From assembly GCA_964016885.1 (NCBI GenBank), contig OZ024758.1, positions 34,162,001-34,226,000 of the forward strand: a DNA stretch of 64,000 bases. Direction: 5' to 3'. Positions 38,901 through 51,800 of the stretch are shown in pieces. Below the pieces are notes generated by a model that made no database searches, was not told the DNA's origin, and was given only the letters and a program-made list of their open reading frames with translations. How positions within the stretch are numbered: position 1 is the stretch's first letter; every line of letters starts with the position of its first letter. The position numbers were made by a program, and so were the translations under genes. The DNA comes from Eledone cirrhosa (taxonomy: Eukaryota).

Positions 38901-40200
38901 GTTGGTGAGAATTCATTTAAGTTCATGGTACTAGCTGTCAGAAGTAACTCCACTGTTGGTGAGAATTCATTTAAGTTCATGGTACTAGCTGTCAGAAGTA
39001 ACTCCAATGTTGGTGAGAATTCATTTAAGTTCATGGTATTAGCTATCAGAAGTAACTCCACTGTTGGTGAGAATTCATTTAAGTTCATGGTACTAGCTGT
39101 CAGAAGTAACTCCACTGTTGGTGAGAATTCATTTAAGTTCATGGTATTAGCTGTCAGAAGTCACTCCAATGTTGGTGAGAATTCATTTAAGTTCGTGGTA
39201 TTAGCTGTCAGAAGTAACTCCACTGTTGGTGAGAATTCATTTAAGTTCATGGTATTAGCTGTCAGAAGTAACTCCACTGTTGGTGAGAATTCATTTAAGT
39301 TCATGGTATTAGCTGTCAGAAGGAACTCCAATGTTGGTGAGAATTCATTTAAGTCATGGTACTAGCTGTCAGAAGTAACTCCACTGTTGGTGAGAATTCA
39401 TTTAAGTTCATGGTACTAGCTGTCAGAAGTAACTCCAATGTTGGTGAGAATTCATTTAAGTTCATGGTATTAGCTGTCAGAAGGTACTCCACTGTTGGTG
39501 AGAATTCATTTAAGTTCATGGTATTAGCTGTCAGAAGTAAGTCCACTGTTGGTGAGAATTCATTTAAGTTCATGGTACTAGTTGTCAGAAGTAACTCCAC
39601 TGTTGGTAAGAATTCATTTTAGTTCATGGTATTAGTTGTCAGAAGTAACTCCACTGTTGGTGAGAATTCATTTAAGTCTTGGTATTAGTTGTCAGAAGTA
39701 ACTCCAATGTTGGTGAGAATTCATTTAAGTTCATGGTACTAGCTGTCAGAAGTAACTCCACTGTTGGTGAGAATTCATTTAAGTTCATGGTATTAGCTGA
39801 CAGAAGTAACTCCACTGTTGGTGAGAATTCATTTAAGTCATGGTATTAGCTGTCAGAAGTAACTCCATTGTTGGTGAGAATTCATTTAAGTCATGGTACT
39901 AGCTGTCAGAAGTAACTCCAATGTTGATGAGAATTCATTTAAGTTCATGGTATTAGCTGTCAGAAGTAACTCCACTGTTGGTGAGAATTCATTTAAGTTC
40001 ATGGTATTAGCTGTCAGAAGTAACTCCACTGTTGGTGAGAATTCATTTAAGTTCATGGTACTAGCTGTCAGAAGTAACTCCACTGTTGGTGAGAATTCAT
40101 TTAAGTTCATGGTATTAGTTTGTCAGAAGTAACTCCACTGTTGGTGAGAATTCATTTAAGTCATGGTATTAGTTGTCAGAAGTAACTCCAATGTTGCTGA
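35960..40200. repeat. ~1,990-bp (37-monomer) higher-order unit repeated, second copy lacking one monomer
   Basis: The offset is 1990 at 35967/37957, 36504/38494 and 36773/38763. It falls to 1936 at 37420/39356 and 37957/39893 because the aacttca monomer is missing near 39250. Confidence 0.8.
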
Positions 40201-43200
40201 GAATTCATTTAAATTCATGGTATTAGCTGTCAGAAGTAACTCCACTGTTGGTGAGAATTCATTTAAGTTCATGGTATTAGCTGTCAGAAGTAACTCCACT
40301 GTTGGTGAGAATTCATTTAAGTCATGGTATTAGCTGTCAGAAGTAACTCCATTGTTGGTGAGAATTCATTTAAGCCATGGTACTAGCTGTCAGAAGTAAC
40401 TCCACTGTTGGTGAGAATTCATTTAAGTTCATGGTACTAGCTGTCAGAAGTAACTCCACTGTTGGTGAGAATTCATTTAAGTTCATGGTACTAGCTGTCA
40501 GAAGTAACTCCACTGTTGGTGAGAATTCATTTAAGTTCATGGTATTAGTTTGTCAGAAGTAACTCCACTGTTGGTGAGAATTCATTTAAGTCATGGTATT
40601 AGTTGTCAGAAGTAACTCCAATGTTGCTGAGAATTCATTTAAGTTCATGGTATTAGCTGTCAGAAGTAACTCAACTGTTTGTGAGAATTCATTTAAGTTC
40701 ATGGTATTAGCTGTCTGAAGTAACTCCACTGTTGGTGAGAATTCATTTAAGTCATGGTATTAGCTGTCAGAAGTAACTCCATTGTTGGTGAGAATTCATT
40801 TAAGTCATGGTATTAGTTGTCAGAAGTAACTCCAATGTTGGTGAGAATTCATTTAAGTCATGGTACTAGCTGTCAGAAGTAACTCCAATGTTGGTGAGAA
40901 TTCATTTAAGTTCATGGTATTAGCTGTCAGAAGTAACTCCACTGTTGGTGAGAATTCATTTAAGTTCATGGTACTAGCTGTCAGAAGTAACTCCACTGTT
41001 GGTGAGAATTCATTTAAGTTCATGGTATTAGCTGTCAGAAGTAACTCCAATGTTGGTGAGAATTCATTTAAGTCTTGGTATTAGCTGTCAGAAGTAACTC
41101 CACTGTTGGTGAGAATTCATTTAAGTTCATGGTATTAGCTGTCAGAAGTAACTCCACTGTTGGTGAGAATTCATTTAAGTTCATGGTACTAGCTGTCAGA
41201 AGTAACTCCACTGTTGGTGAGAATTCATTTAAGTTCATGGTACTAGCTGTCAGAAGTAACTCCACTGTTGGTGAGAATTCATTTAAGTTCATGGTACTAG
41301 CTGTCAGAAGTAACTCCAATGTTGGTGAGAATTCATTTAAGTTCATGGTATTAGCTATCAGAAGTAACTCCACTGTTGGTGAGAATTCATTTAAGTTCAT
41401 GGTACTAGCTGTCAGAAGTAACTCCACTGTTGGTGAGAATTCATTTAAGTTCATGGTATTAGCTGTCAGAAGTCACTCCAATGTTGGTGAGAATTCATTT
41501 AAGTTCGTGGTATTAGCTGTCAGAAGTAACTCCACTGTTGGTGAGAATTCATTTAAGTTCATGGTATTAGCTGTCAGAAGTAACTCCACTGTTGGTGAGA
41601 ATTCATTTAAGTTCATGGTATTAGCTGTCAGAAGTAACTTCACTGTTGGTGAGAATTCATTTAAGTTCATGGTATTAGCTGACAGAAGGAACTCCAATGT
41701 TGGTGAGAATTCATTTAAGTCATGGTACTAGCTGTCAGAAGTAACTCCACTGTTGGTGAGAATTCATTTAAGTTCATGGTACTAGCTGTCAGAAGTAACT
41801 CCAATGTTGGTGAGAATTCATTTAAGTTCATGGTATTAGCTGTCAGAAGGTACTCCACTGTTGGTGAGAATTCATTTAAGTTCATGGTATTAGCTGTCAG
41901 AAGTAAGTCCACTGTTGGTGAGAATTCATTTAAGTTCATGGTACTAGTTGTCAGAAGTAACTCCACTGTTGGTAAGAATTCATTTTAGTTCATGGTATTA
42001 GTTGTCAGAAGTAACTCCACTGTTGGTGAGAATTCATTTAAGTCTTGGTATTAGTTGTCAGAAGTAACTCCAATGTTGGTGAGAATTCATTTAAGTTCAT
42101 GGTACTAGCTGTCAGAAGTAACTCCACTGTTGGTGAGAATTCATTTAAGTTCATGGTATTAGCTGACAGAAGTAACTCCACTGTTGGTGAGAATTCATTT
42201 AAGTCATGGTATTAGCTGTCAGAAGTAACTCCATTGTTGGTGAGAATTCATTTAAGTCATGGTACTAGCTGTCAGAAGTAACTCCAATGTTGATGAGAAT
42301 TCATTTAAGTTCATGGTATTAGCTGTCAGAAGTAACTCCACTGTTGGTGAGAATTCATTTAAGTTCATGGTATTAGCTGTCAGAAGGAACTCCAATGTTG
42401 GTGAGAATTCATTTAAGTCATGGTACTAGCTGTCAGAAGTAACTCCACTGTTGGTGAGAATTCATTTAAGTTCATGGTACTAGCTGTCAGAAGTAACTCC
42501 AATGTTGGTGAGAATTCATTTAAGTTCATGGTATTAGCTGTCAGAAGGTACTCCACTGTTGGTGAGAATTCATTTAAGTTCATGGTATTAGCTGTCAGAA
42601 GTAAGTCCACTGTTGGTGAGAATTCATTTAAGTTCATGTTACTAGTTGTCAGAAGTAACTCCACTGTTGGTAAGAATTCATTTTAGTTCATGGTATTAGT
42701 TGTCAGAAGTAACTCCACTGTTGGTGAGAATTCATTTAAGTCTTGGTATTAGTTGTCAGAAGTAACTCCAATGTTGGTGAGAATTCATTTAAGTTCATGG
42801 TACTAGCTGTCAGAAGTAACTCCACTGTTGGTGAGAATTCATTTAAGTTCATGGTATTAGCTGACAGAAGTAACTCCACTGTTGGTGAGAATTCATTTAA
42901 GTCATGGTATTAGCTGTCAGAAGTAACTCCATTGTTGGTGAGAATTCATTTAAGTCATGGTACTAGCTGTCAGAAGTAACTCCAATGTTGATGAGAATTC
43001 ATTTAAGTTCATGGTATTAGCTGTCAGAAGTAACTCCACTGTTGGTGAGAATTCATTTAAGTTCATGGTATTAGCTGTCAGAAGTAACTCCACTGTTGGT
43101 GAGAATTCATTTAAGTTCATGGTACTAGCTGTCAGAAGTAACTCCACTGTTGGTGAGAATTCATTTAAGTTCATGGTATTAGTTTGTCAGAAGTAACTCC

Positions 43201-46200
43201 ACTGTTGGTGAGAATTCATTTAAGTCATGGTATTAGTTGTCAGAAGTAACTCCAATGTTGCTGAGAATTCATTTAAATTCATGGTATTAGCTGTCAGAAG
43301 TAACTCCACTGTTGGTGAGAATTCATTTAAGTTCATGGTATTAGCTGTCAGAAGTAACTCCACTGTTGGTGAGAATTCATTTAAGTCATGGTATTAGCTG
43401 TCAGAAGTAACTCCATTGTTGGTGAGAATTCATTTAAGCCATGGTACTAGCTGTCAGAAGTAACTCCACTGTTGGTGAGAATTCATTTAAGTTCATGGTA
43501 CTAGCTGTCAGAAGTAACTCCACTGTTGGTGAGAATTCATTTAAGTTCATGGTACTAGCTGTCAGAAGTAACTCCACTGTTGGTGAGAATTCATTTAAGT
43601 TCATGGTATTAGTTTGTCAGAAGTAACTCCACTGTTGGTGAGAATTCATTTAAGTCATGGTATTAGTTGTCAGAAGTAACTCCAATGTTGCTGAGAATTC
43701 ATTTAAGTTCATGGTATTAGCTGTCAGAAGTAACTCAACTGTTTGTGAGAATTCATTTAAGTTCATGGTATTAGCTGTCTGAAGTAACTCCACTGTTGGT
43801 GAGAATTCATTTAAGTCATGGTATTAGCTGTCAGAAGTAACTCCATTGTTGGTGAGAATTCATTTAAGTCATGGTATTAGTTGTCAGAAGTAACTCCAAT
43901 GTTGGTGAGAATTCATTTAAGTCATGGTACTAGCTGTCAGAAGTAACTCCAATGTTGGTGAGAATTCATTTAAGTTCATGGTATTAGCTGTCAGAAGTAA
44001 CTCCACTGTTGGTGAGAATTCATTTAAGTTCATGGTATTAGCTGTCAGAAGTAACTCCACTGTTGGTGAGAATTCATTTAAGTTCATGGTACTAGCTGTC
44101 AGAAGTAACTCCACTGTTGGTGAGAATTCATTTAAGTTCATGGTATTAGCTGTCAGAAGTAACTCCAATGTTGGTGAGAATTCATTTAAGTCTTGGTATT
44201 AGCTGTCAGAAGTAACTCCACTGTTGGTGAGAATTCATTTAAGTTCATGGTATTAGCTGTCAGAAGTAACTCCACTGTTGGTGAGAATTCATTTAAGTTC
44301 ATGGTACTAGCTGTCAGAAGTAACTCCACTGTTGGTGAGAATTCATTTAAGTTCATGGTACTAGCTGTCAGAAGTAACTCCACTGTTGGTGAGAATTCAT
44401 TTAAGTTCATGGTACTAGCTGTCAGAAGTAACTCCAATGTTGGTGAGAATTCATTTAAGTTCATGGTATTAGCTATCAGAAGTAACTCCACTGTTGGTGA
44501 GAATTCATTTAAGTTCATGGTACTAGCTGTCAGAAGTAACTCCACTGTTGGTGAGAATTCATTTAAGTTCATGGTATTAGCTGTCAGAAGTCACTCCAAT
44601 GTTGGTGAGAATTCATTTAAGTTCGTGGTATTAGCTGTCAGAAGTAACTCCACTGTTGGTGAGAATTCATTTAAGTTCGTGGTATTAGCTGTCAGAAGTA
44701 ACTCCACTGTTGGTGAGAATTCATTTAAGTTCATGGTATTAGCTGTCAGAAGTAACTTCACTGTTGGTGAGAATTCATTTAAGTTCATGGTATTAGCTGT
44801 CAGAAGGAACTCCACTGTTGGTGAGAATTCATTTAAGTCTTGGTATTAGTTGTCAGAAGTAACTCCAATGTTGGTGAGAATTCATTTAAGTTCATGGTAC
44901 TAGCTGTCAGAAGTAACTCCACTGTTGGTGAGAATTCATTTAAGTTCATGGTATTAGCTGACAGAAGTAACTCCACTGTTGGTGAGAATTCATTTAAGTC
45001 ATGGTATTAGCTGTCAGAAGTAACTCCATTGTTGGTGAGAATTCATTTAAGTCATGGTACTAGCTGTCAGAAGTAACTCCAATGTTGATGAGAATTCATT
45101 TAAGTTCATGGTATTAGCTGTCAGAAGTAACTCCACTGTTGGTGAGAATTCATTTAAGTTCATGGTATTAGCTGTCAGAAGGAACTCCAATGTTGGTGAG
45201 AATTCATTTAAGTCATGGTACTAGCTGTCAGAAGTAACTCCACTGTTGGTGAGAATTCATTTAAGTTCATGGTACTAGCTGTCAGAAGTAACTCCAATGT
45301 TGGTGAGAATTCATTTAAGTTCATGGTATTAGCTGTCAGAAGGTACTCCACTGTTGGTGAGAATTCATTTAAGTTCATGGTATTAGCTGTCAGAAGTAAG
45401 TCCACTGTTGGTGAGAATTCATTTAAGTTCATGGTACTAGTTGTCAGAAGTAACTCCACTGTTGGTAAGAATTCATTTTAGTTCATGGTATTAGTTGTCA
45501 GAAGTAACTCCACTGTTGGTGAGAATTCATTTAAGTCTTGGTATTAGTTGTCAGAAGTAACTCCAATGTTGGTGAGAATTCATTTAAGTTCATGGTACTA
45601 GCTGTCAGAAGTAACTCCACTGTTGGTGAGAATTCATTTAAGTTCATGGTATTAGCTGACAGAAGTAACTCCACTGTTGGTGAGAATTCATTTAAGTCAT
45701 GGTATTAGCTGTCAGAAGTAACTCCATTGTTGGTGAGAATTCATTTAAGTCATGGTACTAGCTGTCAGAAGTAACTCCAATGTTGATGAGAATTCATTTA
45801 AGTTCATGGTATTAGCTGTCAGAAGTAACTCCACTGTTGGTGAGAATTCATTTAAGTTCATGGTATTAGCTGTCAGAAGTAACTCCACTGTTGGTGAGAA
45901 TTCATTTAAGTTCATGGTACTAGCTGTCAGAAGTAACTCCACTGTTGGTGAGAATTCATTTAAGTTCATGGTATTAGTTTGTCAGAAGTAACTCCACTGT
46001 TGGTGAGAATTCATTTAAGTCATGGTATTAGTTGTCAGAAGTAACTCCAATGTTGCTGAGAATTCATTTAAATTCATGGTATTAGCTGTCAGAAGTAACT
46101 CCACTGTTGGTGAGAATTCATTTAAGTTCATGGTATTAGCTGTCAGAAGTAACTCCACTGTTGGTGAGAATTCATTTAAGTCATGGTATTAGCTGTCAGA

Positions 46201-48860
46201 AGTAACTCCATTGTTGGTGAGAATTCATTTAAGCCATGGTACTAGCTGTCAGAAGTAACTCCACTGTTGGTGAGAATTCATTTAAGTTCATGGTACTAGC
46301 TGTCAGAAGTAACTCCACTGTTGGTGAGAATTCATTTAAGTTCATGGTACTAGCTGTCAGAAGTAACTCCACTGTTGGTGAGAATTCATTTAAGTTCATG
46401 GTATTAGTTTGTCAGAAGTAACTCCACTGTTGGTGAGAATTCATTTAAGTCATGGTATTAGTTGTCAGAAGTAACTCCAATGTTGCTGAGAATTCATTTA
46501 AGTTCATGGTATTAGCTGTCAGAAGTAACTCAACTGTTTGTGAGAATTCATTTAAGTTCATGGTATTAGCTGTCTGAAGTAACTCCACTGTTGGTGAGAA
46601 TTCATTTAAGTCATGGTATTAGCTGTCAGAAGTAACTCCATTGTTGGTGAGAATTCATTTAAGTCATGGTATTAGTTGTCAGAAGTAACTCCAATGTTGG
46701 TGAGAATTCATTTAAGTCATGGTACTAGCTGTCAGAAGTAACTCCAATGTTGGTGAGAATTCATTTAAGTTCATGGTATTAGCTGTCAGAAGTAACTCCA
46801 CTGTTGGTGAGAATTCATTTAAGTTCATGGTATTAGCTGTCAGAAGTAACTCCACTGTTGGTGAGAATTCATTTAAGTTCATGGTACTAGCTGTCAGAAG
46901 TAACTCCACTGTTGGTGAGAATTCATTTAAGTTCATGGTATTAGCTGTCAGAAGTAACTCCAATGTTGGTGAGAATTCATTTAAGTCTTGGTATTAGCTG
47001 TCAGAAGTAACTCCACTGTTGGTGAGAATTCATTTAAGTTCATGGTATTAGCTGTCAGAAGTAACTCCACTGTTGGTGAGAATTCATTTAAGTTCATGGT
47101 ACTAGCTGTCAGAAGTAACTCCACTGTTGGTGAGAATTCATTTAAGTTCATGGTACTAGCTGTCAGAAGTAACTCCACTGTTGGTGAGAATTCATTTAAG
47201 TTCATGGTACTAGCTGTCAGAAGTAACTCCAATGTTGGTGAGAATTCATTTAAGTTCATGGTATTAGCTATCAGAAGTAACTCCACTGTTGGTGAGAATT
47301 CATTTAAGTTCATGGTACTAGCTGTCAGAAGTAACTCCACTGTTGGTGAGAATTCATTTAAGTTCATGGTATTAGCTGTCAGAAGTCACTCCAATGTTGG
47401 TGAGAATTCATTTAAGTTCGTGGTATTAGCTGTCAGAAGTAACTCCACTGTTGGTGAGAATTCATTTAAGTTCATGGTATTAGCTGTCAGAAGTAACTCC
47501 ACTGTTGGTGAGAATTCATTTAAGTTCATGGTATTAGCTGTCAGAAGTAACTTCACTGTTGGTGAGAATTCATTTAAGTTCATGGTATTAGCTGTCAGAA
47601 GGAACTCCAATGTTGGTGAGAATTCATTTAAGTCATGGTACTAGCTGTCAGAAGTAACTCCACTGTTGGTGAGAATTCATTTAAGTTCATGGTACTAGCT
47701 GTCAGAAGTAACTCCAATGTTGGTGAGAATTCATTTAAGTTCATGGTATTAGCTGTCAGAAGGTACTCCACTGTTGGTGAGAATTCATTTAAGTTCATGG
47801 TATTAGCTGTCAGAAGTAAGTCCACTGTTGGTGAGAATTCATTTAAGTTCATGGTACTAGTTGTCAGAAGTAACTCCACTGTTGGTAAGAATTCATTTTA
47901 GTTCATGGTATTAGTTGTCAGAAGTAACTCCACTGTTGGTGAGAATTCATTTAAGTCTTGGTATTAGTTGTCAGAAGTAACTCCAATGTTGGTGAGAATT
48001 CATTTAAGTTCATGGTACTAGCTGTCAGAAGTAACTCCACTGTTGGTGAGAATTCATTTAAGTTCATGGTATTAGCTGACAGAAGTAACTCCACTGTTGG
48101 TGAGAATTCATTTAAGTCATGGTATTAGCTGTCAGAAGTAACTCCATTGTTGGTGAGAATTCATTTAAGTCATGGTACTAGCTGTCAGAAGTAACTCCAA
48201 TGTTGATGAGAATTCATTTAAGTTCATGGTATTAGCTGTCAGAAGTAACTCCACTGTTGGTGAGAATTCATTTAAGTTCATGGTATTAGCTGTCAGAAGT
48301 AACTCCACTGTTGGTGAGAATTCATTTAAGTTCATGGTACTAGCTGTCAGAAGTAACTCCACTGTTGGTGAGAATTCATTTAAGTTCATGGTATTAGTTT
48401 GTCAGAAGTAACTCCACTGTTGGTGAGAATTCATTTAAGTCATGGTATTAGTTGTCAGAAGTAACTCCAATGTTGCTGAGAATTCATTTAAATTCATGGT
48501 ATTAGCTGTCAGAAGTAACTCCACTGTTGGTGAGAATTCATTTAAGTTCATGGTATTAGCTGTCAGAAGTAACTCCACTGTTGGTGAGAATTCATTTAAG
48601 TCATGGTATTAGCTGTCAGAAGTAACTCCATTGTTGGTGAGAATTCATTTAAGCCATGGTACTAGCTGTCAGAAGTAACTCCACTGTTGGTGAGAATTCA
48701 TTTAAGTTCATGGTACTAGCTGTCAGAAGTAACTCCACTGTTGGTGAGAATTCATTTAAGTTCATGGTACTAGCTGTCAGAAGTAACTCCACTGTTGGTG
48801 AGAATTCATTTAAGTTCATGGTATTAGTTTGTCAGAAGTAACTCCACTGTTGGTGAGAAT
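39350..48860. repeat. Run of enlarged higher-order units (~2,366-2,795 bp; 44-52 monomers) carrying aaattc, aagccatgg, tcaactgttt and gtctgaag markers
   Basis: Offsets are 39356/41722 = 2366; 42420/45215, 42957/45752 and 44193/46988 = 2795; 45215/47635 and 46236/48656 = 2420. A 698-bp (13-monomer) partial duplication lies at 41722/42420. Confidence 0.78.
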
Positions 48861-51800
48861 TCATTTAAGTCATGGTATTAGTTGTCAGAAGTAACTCCAA
48901 TGTTGGTGAGAATTCATTTAAGTTCATGGTATTAGCTGTCAGAAGTAACTCCACTGTTGGTGAGAATTCATTTAAGTTCATGGTACTAGCTGTCAGAAGT
49001 AACTCCACTGTTGGTGAGAATTCATTTAAGTTCATGGTACTAGCTGTCAGAAGTAACTCCAATGTTGGTGAGAATTCATTTAAGTTCATGGTATTAGCTG
49101 TCAGAAGTAACTCCACTGTTGGTGAGAATTCATTTAAGTTCATGGTACTAGCTGTCAGAAGTAACTCCACTGTTGGTGAGAATTCATTTAAGTTCATGGT
49201 ATTAGCTGTCAGAAATCACTCCAATGTTGGTGAGAATTCATTTAAGTTCGTGGTATTAGCTGTCAGAAGTAACTCCACTGTTGGTGAGAATTCATTTAAG
49301 TTCATGGTATTAGCTGTCAGAAGTAACTCCACTGCTGGTGAGAATTCATTTAAGTTCATGGTATTAGCTGTCAGAAGTAACTCCACTGTTGGTGAGAATT
49401 CATTTAAGTTCATGGTATTAGCTGTCAGAAGGAACTCCAATGTTGGTGAGAATTCATTTAAGTCATGGTACTAGCTGTCAGAAGTAACTCCACTGTTGGT
49501 GAGAATTCATTTAAGTTCATGGTACTAGCTGTCAGAAGTAACTCCAATGTTGGTGAGAATTCATTTAAGTTCATGGTATTAGCTGTCAGAAGGAACTCCA
49601 CTGTTGGTGAGAATTCATTTAAGTTCATGGTATTAGCTGTCAGAAGTAAGTGCACTGTTGGTGAGAATTCATTTAAGTTCATGGTACTAGTTGTCAGAAG
49701 TAACTCCACTGTTGGTAAGAATTCATTTTAGTTCATGGTATTAGTTGTCAGAAGTAACTCCACTGTTGGTGAGAATTCATTTAAGTCTTGGTATTAGTTG
49801 TCAGAAGTAACTCCAATGTTGGTGAGAATTCATTTAAGTTCATGGTACTAGCTGTCAGAAGTAACTCCACTGTTGGTGAGAATTCATTTAAGTTCATGGT
49901 ATTAGCTGTCAGAAGTAACTCCACTGTTGGTGAGAATTCATTTAAGTCATGGTATTAGCTGTCAGAAGTAACTCCATTGTTGGTGAGAATTCATTTAAGT
50001 CATGGTACTAGCTGTCAGAAGTAACTCCAATGTTGATGAGAATTCATTTAAGTTCATGGTATTAGCTGTCAGAAGTAACTCCACTGTTGGTGAGAATTCA
50101 TTTAAGTTCATGGTATTAGCTGTCAGAAGTAACTCCACTGTTGGTGAGAATTCATTTAAGTTCATGGTACTAGCTGTCAGAAGTAACTCCACTGTTGGTG
50201 AGAATTCATTTAAGTTCATGGTATTAGTTTGTCAGAAGTAACTCCACTGTTGGTGAGAATTCATTTAAGTCATGGTATTAGTTGTCAGAAGTAACTCCAA
50301 TGTTGCTGAGAATTCATTTAAATTCATGGTATTAGCTGTCAGATGTAACTCCACTGTTGGTGAGAATTCATTTAAGTTCATGGTATTAGCTGTCAGAAGT
50401 AACTCCACTGTTGGTGAGAATTCATTTAAGTCATGGTATTAGCTGTCAGAAGTAACTCCATTGTTGGTGAGAATTCATTTAAGTCATGGTACTAGCTGTC
50501 AGAAGTAACTCCACTGTTGGTGAGAATTCATTTAAGTTCATGGTACTAGCTGTCAGAAGTAACTCCACTGTTGGTGAGAATTCATTTAAGTTCATGGTAC
50601 TAGCTGTCAGAAGTAACTCCACTGTTGGTGAGAATTCATTTAAGTTCATGGTACTAGCTGTCAGAAGTAACTCCACTGTTGGTGAGAATTCATTTAAGTT
50701 CATGGTATTAGTTTGTCAGAAGTAACTCCACTGTTGGTGAGAATTCATTTAAGTCATGGTATTAGTTGTCACAAGTAACTCCAATGTTGGTGAGAATTCA
50801 TTTAAGTCATGGTACTAGCTGTCAGAAGTAACTCCAATGTTGGTGAGAATTCATTTACGTTCATGGTATTAGCTCTCAGAAGTAACTCCACTGTTGGTGA
50901 GAATGCATTTAAGTTCATGGTATTAGCTGTCAGAAGTAACTCCACTGTTGGTGAGAATTCATTTAAGTTCATGGTATTAGCTGTCAGAAGTAACTCCAAT
51001 GTTGGTGAGAATTCATTTAAGTTCATGGTATTAGCTGTCAGAAGGTACTCCACTGTTGGTGAGAATTCATTTAAGTTCATGGTATTAGCTGTCAGAAGTA
51101 AGTCCACTGTTGGTGAGAATTCATTTAAGTTCATGTTACTAGTTGTCAGAAGTAACTCCACTGTTGGTAAGAATTCATTTTAGTTCATGGTATTAGTTGT
51201 CAGAAGTAACTCCACTGTTGGTGAGAATTCATTTAAGTCTTGGTATTAGTTGTCAGAAGTAACTCCAATGTTGGTGAGAATTCATTTAAGTTCATGGTAC
51301 TAGCTGTCAGAAGTAACTCCACTGTTGGTGAGAATTCATTTAAGTTCATGGTATTAGCTGACAGAAGTAACTCCACTGTTGGTGAGAATTCATTTAAGTC
51401 ATGGTATTAGCTGTCAGAAGTAACTCCATTGTTGGTGAGAATTCATTTAAGTCATGGTACTAGCTGTCAGAAGTAACTCCAATGTTGATGAGAATTCATT
51501 TAAGTTCATGGTATTAGCTGTCAGAAGTAACTCCACTGTTGGTGAGAATTCATTTAAGTTCATGGTATTAGCTGTCAGAAGTAACTCCACTGTTGGTGAG
51601 AATTCATTTAAGTTCATGGTACTAGCTGTCAGAAGTAACTCCACTGTTGGTGAGAATTCATTTAAGTTCATGGTATTAGTTTGTCAGAAGTAACTCCACT
51701 GTTGGTGAGAATTCATTTAAGTCATGGTATTAGTTGTCAGAAGTAACTCCAATGTTGCTGAGAATTCATTTAAATTCATGGTATTAGCTGTCAGAAGTAA

